From NCBI RefSeq assembly GCF_009914755.1, contig NC_060930.1: a stretch of 64,000 bases of DNA, one strand, 5' to 3'. Shown here piece after piece: positions 52,675-64,000 of the stretch. The notes beneath the pieces were generated by a model. The model searched no databases. It worked only from the letters and a program-made list of their open reading frames with translations, and was not told where the DNA came from. The translations under genes were made by a program, and so were the position numbers. This DNA comes from the human T2T-CHM13v2.0 reference genome, Homo sapiens. The first letter of the stretch is position 1; each line of letters begins with the position of its first letter.

Positions 52675-55600
52675 TGTACCATTAAATATATATTTGTTAA
52701 ATGAATATATGACTGACTTGTAAGTAATAGACAACTGGAACTGCCTAAATTTTCTTCATCATAGTACTTTGATTTGTATTTCAAAATCATATTCAGCATC
52801 TTGAGAAAAGTTAAAAGGGATATGAAAGTGATCAACTTCATTAAAGCAAGAAGCAACCAACAAAAAAAAAAGAAAAAAAACCCAGAATCAAAGTTTACTA
52901 GATAAAGAAAATGTTCTTAACTACAAAATAAATGGAAAAAAAAAATGTCCTAATTAACATGGAAGGTCAACTAAAATGAGAACTACATGTAATTTTCACT
53001 TACTCTACAGACTTTAATCAACTTCCAAACTGTTACAAGCATATAAATTAGGCTGAATTTTAAACACATTAGAATTCTTTCTTTCTTACTGTTGAAAAAG
53101 AGCACATGTTTCTTTGCTCTGCTTAACTCCAATATAGTCAAGAATTATATTTCAGAAGTAATCTGTGATCATGGTTTGCTTTTTAGACTGTGTTTCACAA
53201 ATCTTCACAAAAATAGATTGAATTTAACCACAAATATTAAGGTGAAAGTTATATTTCAATAAATATAAACCATAAGTTACTTTCATCTCTATATGTAATT
53301 AAGAAATTATTACATTTATGAACTAGAAAACAAATATAATTAAGTAAAACATAAGTTAGGCCTTGCTTCTGGACAAAACTGAGTAGTTCCTATTGAACCA
53401 ATCTTCCCAAAGATAACAATTATAAATAACAGAATTTTCGGATGTTTGATGCAGCATTAATTTTGAAAGCAAAACAAAAAATGTACATGCTATCTGGTCA
53501 TGATTTCATAAGTAAATATACACAGACACACACAGAGATGTACATACAAACAACAATGCACACAAACATAGACTTAGAGGTAACAAAAAATGACATCAAA
53601 AGATTGATGGTGATTTTCTCTTGGTTATGAGACTTATGTATAATTTCCATGTTTTCTAACCATTTTTGTTTCATTCATATACATGTACAAATGTTAAAAT
53701 AAGAAAATAAGCATGAAAAAAATTTCCACTGAAAATACAAATAAAGAAAAGTCTTGAGAAAAATACCTTTCAGGAATCTGACTATAAAAATTAGATTCTA
53801 AAATAATTACTGCTAATGTATATGCATAATCGTTCAAAGAAGTCCAAAGAATACTATGTGAAATATGCCATATAACTGAAAATATATACGTATCTCACTT
53901 TTGGAGAAATTTTACAGAGCAGAATTTTGTCACTTCCTGCTTTCATCTATTTTCTTCTTATAAATGCTGTTTTCACCTATGCATAAATATCTTCTAGTTT
54001 TATCTCCACTCCAATATAATTCTTACCCTATGCAAAGTTCAAGTAAGATTGAAAATAACAGAGGAAAGTAATGAGTTACTTGCTATTGTTAAAATGACCT
54101 TAGAGATTAAACTTTAAGAAGCTATTTTAATTATTGAATGTCTATCACAGTAAAGTACTATTCAAGGCACTATTAAGAAAGAAAGAATATAATATAGTAC
54201 CTGATTATTTGCCACTTGCCTCATCTTCCTGATATCTTTCTACTAGTCTGTCTAGTTTCTGACTAAATGTTCTACTCCCTGTTCTTTTTGGAAACTGGTG
54301 ACTCCAAGTTCAGCTACTTTATTTGAACATACTCCAGTTTACTGGTTCTTCCTTTCTACTCTCTCTATCTCTGTACTCTGCCATTACTACCTAGAGTCAT
54401 GGGATAAAATACCATGAATCGAATAAATGCTATATGATGCACTGCCATGAACCATGTGATTGAGTCTCATTCTTTGAGATATTGACTAGTAAAATGACAT
54501 GGAATAATTAAAGATCCAAGTATCAATCCATTTACATTACCAACACAATACACTTGTTACTTCGTGAGATTATAAAAACATACTTCAACTGTTTTCAAAG
54601 TATGTTCACAATCATGTATTATTTTGGTTCTTACAACTACTTTCTGGGAAAAGAAGGACAAATAGGAAAGTCTTGATTTTACCTTTAAGAAAGAGAGGAC
54701 AATCTGTCCATGTCATGTGGTGTAAGTGCTAGAGTCCAGAGCCTCAGTCTTCCAAGATAAGAAGTTCTTTGGCAGAAATGCCTCAGTTGCTTTCTTTTAC
54801 TTCATAAGGTATTGAAGAAAAGGAACAATTTTTTATATTTCCAAAAACAGCAAATCCTTTACAGCTGTAGATATTCTCAGACTCTTATGAAACATTTGGT
54901 AAGTCACATGTTCCTTTCTAACACTAGTTGGCTAGACAGAGGGAAAAAGCCTTGACCTTCCAGGGCATTCACTTTAGGAATGGATGGCAAACTGTCTGTT
55001 TATTTTGTTATTTCATAATATTTGCTATCTAATATTTTGTTGTTTAATAATATTTGTGTGCTTGTTGGTTTGTTTTTACTTATGTCTTTAATTGTAATAA
55101 TCAACATTAAGTTGCAAGAAATGAAAAACACAATGCTCAAAGTAATTTATCTAAGCATTCCCATGGACAATAGGTTAAGTATATGGAAGAAAAAGGATGA
55201 AGGGGATTTTCCAAACCCTGCTCAGCCTGGATGTAAACCCTAGCAAACGGGCTTTCATCTCAATAGTATAGCAAAAGGGACATAAAAAAGATGTGTTCAT
55301 CAATAACAGAAAAAACCTACAGATATTAGCCTCAGGAGAGAAAAAAATTCACACAATAATTCTTTGAGAATAAAGAATTTTACATCCTTTAAATTCTGGA
55401 TATAGCTAACTCTCCTTGAAAGGATGAAAATAAAATTAAAAGGGTGCAAAGGAGACTCTGTAGAAAAAAGTATCAACTTTGATTGCATCAGCACAAGATA
55501 CCAGACTTGGAGATGAGCAAAGTGGGAGTTTTGTTTCCCCTTATAAACGCAACCTTCCCCAAGGGCTGTGCCTTAGAGACCTGTTCAATGTTGTACTCTA

Positions 55601-55690
55601 TAGAATTCTGCTACTATTCTGCGTGATTATTCTGATATTCTGTGTCTAATACATTCTTGGAAAATCACACACCTTCCTACACACAGACAT

Positions 55691-55728
55691 ACACACACAC
55701 ACACACGTGTGTGTGTGTGTGTGTGTGT
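55691..55728. repeat. Compound (AC)8(GT)11 palindromic microsatellite
   Basis: Directly visible; centre CACGTG at 55704-55709. Confidence 0.95.
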
Positions 55729-56779
55729 ATGCAATATTACACTTTTAAAGGGTTTATAAACCCCGTAAACACATCCATGGAGCTGCAGGTTTAAAGGAAT
55801 CTGCATTTGACATACAAAGTAACTGAAAATACATTAATTATCATAGTATGTAAAAGGGACCTACAAAGAGCAGAGAGAATTTATCCTTCTCTCATTCTTC
55901 AACAGACGTAACCAAGGCACAGGTAAGACAGCCAACCTATCAGATTTCTCATTTTAGAACAAGAATTCGTAGCTAACAATCTGGGCACAGCCCAAACATC
56001 TGAAAACAGGTTAAAAAATTACTCAAATATGTAGAATCCAAGTAAGTATCTTACAAGTTCTACTGTAAGCCATAAAACCAAAATCTGTTTGTGCAACAGA
56101 ATATCCAGATTTTTAAATATATGACAATAAACTCTATCAGACAGTTTTAAACCCATTTTTTTTCAAATCTAGATATTTGCTGGTGCTTGCTTGTGTTTTT
56201 GCAGTGTGAGATACTTTTAACAATTTTTCCAGTGTCTCAGCTTTAAATGTTGTTGCATAACTTCTTCCTTGGCCTTATGACATTATAGACTGCAGCTGCT
56301 GTCAACATTAAGTAAAATTCAAAGTAAAAGGGTGTATTTCATTAGAAAATTTTTTAATTAGAATGACCACAAAGCAATTCAATAACCCACATGGAATAAC
56401 TACATAAAAACAGTCTTAAGACTTGAGAAATAATAAACCTTTTCCCAAACTATTTCCATACCTCATTATTCTATCTTTGTTATAAAAATCATTTCTGGAT
56501 ATCATTATGCGTCAGAGTGCAAAGCAACTGTACTCAGTGAGCAATTATATAACAAAGGTGATTTTCAGAATTGGATATAAAATAATTCCTAATGAGCTAC
56601 TGAAATATTGTGATGAGAAAGTGCAATTTATTCCTTGCTTTTAAAAAAAAAGTAAGTGAAAGAAATTCAAACCAATTTCTTATAGATTAATGAGATTACT
56701 AACCGGCCGTGTCACCTTGGGCCAGAGGGAAGGAGGCAAATATTATTCATTCACCATCAGCTACATCCCAGATACTACC

Positions 56780-56960
56780 AGATACTGCACTCTGTATTTC
56801 ATTTCACTGGTACAACAACATTTACAGAGAGAGAGAGAAATGTTATTATTCCTAATTTACTGATGGGAAAATGGAAGCTAAGAAAGGTTGTATGTCATGA
56901 CCAAATCTCAAGCAATAAAACCTAGATTTAAATTCAGGTTACTCAGGTTCCTGTGTCAGT
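56780..56960 (-). mobile_element. MIR
   Basis: TATTATTCCTAATTTACTGATGGGAAAATGGAAGCTAAGAAAGGTT...GATTTAAATTCAGG. Confidence 0.65.
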
Positions 56961-57056
56961 TTGCCTATTTCTACACTATTCTTTATTTGTAAAACGGAAG
57001 TTTAGACTAGAGATAATCTATAGAGTCTCTTTCAGATTTAACAGAAATTAATTTCA

Positions 57057-57330
57057 GGCCAGGCATGGTGGCTCATGCCTGTAATCCCAGAACTTTGGAA
57101 GGCTGAGGTGGATCACTTGAGCCCAGGAGTTTGAGACCAGCTTGGGCAACATGGCAAAACCCCATCTCTACAAAAAAATACAAGAATTAGCCAGGTGTGG
57201 TGGCACACACCTGTAGTCCCACTTGCTAGGAAGGCTGAGGTGGGAGGACTGCCATGACTGTGACACTGCACTCAAGCCTGGGCAACAGAGCAATACCCTA
57301 TCTCAAAAAAAAAAAAAAAAAAAAGGAAAA
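57057..57330 (+). mobile_element. AluJ with internal deletions
   Basis: GGATCACTTGAGCCCAGGAG J diagnostic; right arm lacks about 30 bp; TSD AAATTAATTTCA / AAATCAATTTCA. Confidence 0.92.
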
Positions 57331-57562
57331 AAATCAATTTCAATAATGTTGAAAGTATTATAATGGTGCTAGTACCAAAATGGTTTATATGATATGCTGA
57401 GTTTGGAGATTCTGTGTGTAAAAATACTAGGAAAATTGAGCACAAAGAACTATGACTTCTATTATAGAATACTATCTTTTCAACTATATGTAATCATGTG
57501 TCCATTTAAAAATGGACAATAAATATTTAAAAGCAGCATAAAGAAAACCTATATGAAAATTC

Positions 57563-57914
<352 letters not shown>

Positions 57915-59601
57915 TGACCATCCATTTCTCTTTATTTCTTCCACTCTAATGATTTCTTGGGACCTATAGGTGTCCACTTCCTAAACATAGATGTAGAGCA
58001 TTTGAAATTTCAAAACAACTTTTGTACCACTGCTACTGGTTCAGTAAAAGAACTGCTCAGCCTGCGAAAATAAGAAACTAACATAAATGTCATCCTATTT
58101 TTTAAAGGGCTTATATAAATTTTATTACTAGGGAGAAACTTAGACTTTATCATAAGGAATGTGACATATGGCAACAATCAGCTCTTCCCACTGGCTTTTC
58201 TTCATTGACTTCAATTTTGAGTCAAAGAGAACAGAAGAAATAGTCACCACTGCTAAGCTAAGAAGAGTCTGTTTCTTGGTTCCAGTGGCAATGAAAATAC
58301 CTGAATAATCCAGTTTAAAAAATCGAAATCAGTGCTTATTACATAAAGCAACATGTTCTTGTCACAATAGCATCCTTAATAGCAAAGTTTAACTATAAGA
58401 CGTAACATGAAAAATATAATCTTCCAATACTGGGGCAAAGATCTAAACTTCCAAAGATTTCATGTAACATGCAGAAAAAAAAACATAAACACCATCAGTA
58501 GAATATTATTATAGTGTTATACGGGGCTGGAATTAAACCCACTCAGACAATCCTCTTGACCAGATCCATCCTATTCATTCATCTACGTTAAAAAGCTTCA
58601 AAAGGCCATTTTGCAATAGTATAGTGCATTAACAACAGTTAAATTCAAATCATTTTCTAAAATATTCCCCTTTTTCCTTTGTGTAAATTTATCATTCCAT
58701 TTATGTATTCATTCAAAAATAATTTGAGTTCCAACATACTTATGTGTTCCAGAAGAAAGTTGAGAAAATCATGTTTCTATTTTTAAGCTTTTGAGCTATT
58801 CATAAAACAGTTATTTATCATAGGTCTATGTGCCAAACACAGTGCTAAACTGCACAACACTGAACGGTGGTATTGTTTCACCTTATTCTTAAGTATCAAT
58901 TTCTTAATTCTATTGTCAAGAACAGTGTGGTTTTATGAACAATAGCATATCTTTAACATTGTTTTAACTATCATTATAGCCACAAAAGTAATAAGTCAAA
59001 ATCATTAGTAGATTACATTCAGAAAAAATATTTTGACAGTTTAAACACATTTTTATTTTCTATAAAACATTAAGTTAAATTATTTCTTAGTCCCATATAA
59101 AGTAAAGCAATATACTAGAAACATGAGAAAAATTAAATACCCAAATGCTTTATACAGCTATTATTGAATTTATTTCTTAAACTTTTCAGAGAAGGATAAT
59201 TTTTTTGTTACTTTAGCTGCTACTTTAGGAAATAAATTCCTATCCTTTTAGGCTTGCTCATTACCAACAATTACATCAAAAATACAATTTCAAATTAACT
59301 TTTCCCTTCCTAATAAATATTCCTTCTCATTCAAGACTCACTTTGACAACTGGTTGAAGGGGGACTTCTCATAGATATGTTCCACACGCACGATAGTCCA
59401 CAAAATGTTGGCCTTGTCCATATTTTTATCAATAGAAAACTTTTCTTGGTTTAAAAACCAAATTTAATGGAGATATTTCTCAACATATAACTTAATAGAG
59501 ATATCTCGCAATACAAAGATTTTTGGACAATATTTCTATTTTTTTTTTTCCTGAGAAAGTATTTTTACTTATGACTCAAAAACTCAATATAATATGTAAA
59601 T

Positions 59602-59708
59602 CAGGGGTGTCCAATCTTTTGGCTTCCCTAGGCCATACTGGTGTTAGGCCACATTCAAAGCTATCCTAGGCCACATGTGGCTGGTGGGCCATGGGTTGGA
59701 CAAGCTTG
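59602..59708 (+). mobile_element. Internally deleted MER30 (107 bp)
   Basis: CAGGGGTGTCCAATCTTTTGG...GGTTGGACAAGCTTG; perfect 8-bp TSD ATGTAAAT at 59594-59601 and 59709-59716. Confidence 0.92.
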
Positions 59709-61939
59709 ATGTAAATAAAACCACCAGTGGAAAGAGTTTGTTGTGAGTTACATTCAAATACAACAGTTAGTAAAACATCAGAATAGTACAGATATTTTGA
59801 AAAGTTTAGAGTAACTACAAATGGAATGTGTGCAGAACATAATGAATTTAAAGAAATACATTGAATACAAGGCAATCGTGAAATAAATTATTTGGTGACC
59901 AGAAAAAATTTTTATTTTTTTTTTAAAGCTTTTGCTGTCAAATATTATATTAATGCCAGACTGGAATTAGGTTTTATCTCTGTTAAAATAACAAATTGAT
60001 CTTAGTATTTTCAGTCTCCTCTTAAAAAGAGGTTACAAAAATTATTCCTAATTTCTGTTTAATCTGAGGAATGATTGGGTATCTCTCCAGGATAGTATTA
60101 TACATATTAAGTTTATTTTATTATGGTTTTGATGATTAAAAACAAATACAACTTTATTTCTTGGAAGAGCTGAGTTTCCTTATCATTGTGTTATCTTCTA
60201 TTTTATTTTTAAATATCAAAATTACTATATTAATATAATTAATATTATAAATATTAATATTAATAATTTTAAAATACTGGTATTATTCCTTATTTTTAGG
60301 CACCTGTCTTAATCAAGTGACCAATCTCCTGTGATAACACTTCTGATTCTTCCTTGCATGATAAAACAACAAATTCAGAAAAAATAAAAATTTCAAGAGG
60401 TCTTTTCTTCTAATCTGCCTTTGTGATTTCCTATAGGTCTTTGGACAACCGCAGGGATTCACTTCCTTGCCTTGTAAGATTAGGAACAATAAAAATAATT
60501 AAATTTGTTTGGTATGTTCCATATTTTTTAATTAGCTCAACACCATTATAAGGCTTGCATGAAAAAGAGCTTCAAATCAGATTAGTTCAACTTTCTGTGC
60601 ATTAATTTTTTTCAGGTAATATAAAATGTGTCCAAAATAATTCAATTTATGGGAAGAACATGGCAAGCTGTTAATACAGTCATGTCCATATATTCTTACT
60701 TTCAGAGGAGCTGTTAACAAATACTTATTAAATAGTAAGTCTTATACCCTGATGGAGAATTTTTCTCTTTTCTAGTGTGATACGGTTGATTACTATAATA
60801 AATTAATCACAAGCATTCAGTCATTCAGCAGGTGGTTTCTGCATTCCTCCCATGCTTGCCTGAAGGCTCTGCTATTAACTATAGGCTCCACAGATTAAGT
60901 CTTCAAATACTGGCCTCAATAGAAAGTCAAAGATCAGGTACATCTAACTGTTATGTCTTCAAGGACCAGCCTCAAGGGTACAAGCTTCAGAGCTGATATC
61001 ACCTAGACATCAGCCAGACTATACCAGGTTACTAAGCCAGAGTTTCTAGGATTGATGACTTCATGAAATAAACTATAATCCCCAAATTCAAGAGATAAAT
61101 AATTAGTTAAATATAACTTAAAGGAACTCATGCAGTGAATCAATTTGGCATTATTTGTTTGGGAGATTTTCAGTATACTTTTAATGTTCTGTTTTTTTGA
61201 TTGGTATATATAATAATAAAGCTTTTTATTTATCTTGATTTAATTTTAATCCTTGACTTAATAAAGGTTCTTTAATTGATATGTGCTTCTGACATCTAAG
61301 ATATTCAGTAATAGATTTTTTTTCTACTTTTCTTTACTTTCAATGGCAGATAACTGGATAAATAACTAAGAATCGGCCTTTTCTTTAACCAGAATATAGT
61401 TTGACAAATCAAGTGTACAAATTGTTTGATTAAGAAGAACTTTTTTACTAAAACACATATGATAAGCTCACCAAAGAGACAAAGGCTGTGTATTTCATAT
61501 GTGGAAACAATCGATACCTATAGAGCCCTCCCAGTAACAGGGTCTGTTACCTAGTCTGAGTTTATAGGGTCCCGGCCTGAGAGGAAATAGTTAATCCCTG
61601 GCAAGCAAGGAAGCTCAGCTCATTTGGGTGACATAAAAGAGGAAGGAATTCACCCACATTTATAAGAACTTCAAGTGAAATACTCCTAATGGAGATGGTT
61701 ATTTTGAGTTGGTTCCTAAGCTTCTGAAAAGAAGAAGAAACCAAGTTTTGTTTTTTAAAATACTCTGAAGTAATAAAGGCTACTGAAAACACAATTCTAG
61801 ATTTCTAATGAAATCTTCAAATAGATGTTAATTTTCCACTCTTACTAATTGTTTAATATTGCGTGACACTGGATATTTCACTCCTACTACAAGGCTCATG
61901 TCAATAAACACTTCTTGCTGCACCTATCTAAAGGAAACG

Positions 61940-62304
<365 letters not shown>

Positions 62305-63020
62305 TTACGATCCTAAGGGGGAAGTTTTAAGAAAAAATGTTCAAAACTTGGGACCCAGCACAAGAATGACTGTATATCCTTCACCAAAGGATTCGCTAAT
62401 TATTTAAAAGTATGTCGCTTCATCTGAGTCACTAATTACCACTGATTAAGATATTTTACAACTCTGTGAGAAAAGACTTAACTTGTAGAACATTTATAGC
62501 AACACAAATGATACTCATATTATGATAATGCAAACAAATTTTGTCTAGTACAGAGGAAAATGATTTGTCTGTTAGTAAAGATAGCCTCATGGTTTCACTT
62601 TGATTGTCTTATTGGACATTTAGTATAAAATTTAGGAATCTTATTCCACCATTCTTTCTTTCACTGATTATAAATGTTTCCCTTATTCCTATAATCTTTT
62701 GAACCAGTCTTACTATCCTGCTGGTTCCCCTAATAATAAATTAATCTATCTTTAGCATACACTCACATACACAGTGTATAACACTTGACTCTTTCTTCGT
62801 TTTGGAGGTTTTTTTAAATAAAGTATGTTCCCTTATTTATTCCACATCATAAAAATCATAAGGAAAACAAGAGAGAATGAAAAATTCTAGTGAGTAACAA
62901 TGGCAGGTTAGAAAGATAAGGTAAGCTTACTAGGGGTAGGAAGATACTGCATATGTAACATATGCAGTAAATGCATGAAATTAAGGGAAACCTGATGCTA
63001 GGCTGAATAACGCATTAGAG

Positions 63021-63217
63021 CAGGGGCATCCAATCTTTTGGCTTGCCTGGGCCACCCTGGAAGAAGAAGAATACACTAACACTAACGACAGCTGATGAGC
63101 TTACAAAAAAAAAAAAGCAAAAAATCTCATAATCTTTGAAGAAAGTTTACAAATTTGTGTTGGGCCATATGCAAAGCTATCCTGGGCAGCATGTGGCCCA
63201 CAGGTTAGACAAGCTTG
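63021..63217 (+). mobile_element. MER30 (MER30B-like) hAT-Charlie MITE
   Basis: CAGGGGCATCCAATCTTTTGG...GGTTAGACAAGCTTG; perfect 8-bp TSD CATTAGAG at 63013-63020 and 63218-63225. Confidence 0.93.
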
Positions 63218-63369
63218 CATTAGAGAATACAATGCTGTTTTAATAAATGCTTTATTTGTGCATTCTTCTAAATCCCACAGCTTTGAAATTCTACTTACAG
63301 ATCTATGCTAACATATCTATATCAAAGAGTATCCCAGGAAAGTTTTTTGTGTTTATTTATTGATACTTA

Positions 63370-63674
63370 TAAGACATAAGGAGGAGACAACTAAGAACCT
63401 CTTTTTCTTCAGGATACTGTTGTGTCTGAATTTTGTACCTGGAATAGCCATAGATTTTAGACCTTTAAAGAGAGATAGCCTGAGGTAAAAAGATGACCTA
63501 CCGAATGGAGAGGCAAAGACATAAGAAAAAATCTGAATTATTGATGAAATCACTGAGCCACTGAATGAGCCAACTCTGGACCTTTTGTTATGTGAAAGTA
63601 GCCTTCCTTATGGTTTAAACACATTTGTAGTTGTGCTTCCCATTACTTGCACTGGAAAAAGCATAAGAGATACA
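63370..63674 (+). mobile_element. Degenerate MLT1 (J/K-like) LTR
   Basis: TTGATGAAATCACTGAGCCACTGAAT...CTCTGGACCTTTTGTTATGTGA...TTACTTGCA...GATACA. Confidence 0.6.
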
Positions 63675-63829
63675 ACTTCTGCCACACCTCCAAGTCAGCC
63701 CTGAAGCTTTTTGCTGCAGTCTCTAAAGAAAGATCTCTACATATACTTGTTTTATAAAGTTCAAAGGTTAAATCCTTATCCTATATCTCTATATACCTGG
63801 ATTCCTAGCCTTGCCTTTCCCAAGACATA

Positions 63830-63950
63830 AAACCTTTGATAATTTACTTAGGTTCACCTGACTTCAGTTCCTTCACCTACAGAATGATGTAAATACATAT
63901 TCCAAAGGCATTTTGGGAGAATTAAGTGAAATGACATATTTTAAATGCTT
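63830..63950 (+). mobile_element. MIR
   Basis: CTTCAGTTCCTTCACCTACAGAATGA...GGAGAATTAAGTGAAAT. Confidence 0.55.
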
Positions 63951-64000
63951 GGGATCAGACAGAAGGAGTCAGAGAATTATTTTTTAAGTATCCAGTAAGT

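Noticed and set aside
53767-53781. Possible 15-nt microexon on - (TTTTTATAG|TCAGATTCCTGAAAG|GTATTT)
   Set aside because: Weak tract, no upstream UGC motif typical of regulated microexons; expected by chance.

Overview
This is AT-rich, CpG-poor primate (very likely human or great-ape) genomic DNA with no CpG island, no recognisable protein-coding exon and no RNA gene. It is a repeat-rich non-coding region containing about 13 Alu elements or fragments (J, S, Y and monomers), young and old L1 fragments, L2 and MIR relics, a full-length THE1 provirus, solo LTRs (MST, MLT2, LTR33/41-like, MLT1) and DNA-transposon fossils (Tigger1, Tigger3/MER7, Tigger8-like, MER30 x2, MER5, MER94, MER102, Charlie). 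By eye the + strand is A/C-rich and all L1s lie on +, which suggests a large intron of a gene transcribed on the - strand; I cannot name the gene. The supplied ORFs are repeat-derived or chance. I found no novel protein-coding system. The most interesting signals are structural or regulatory: a collapsed inverted Alu pair, apparent loss of poly(A) signals in sense-oriented LTRs, a templated-insertion scar in Tigger1, candidate cryptic/poison exons and a recursive-splice-like site, perfect palindromes, and a FOX-MARE-kB motif cluster. Repeat subfamily names come from recalled consensus sequences and need RepeatMasker/Dfam confirmation.
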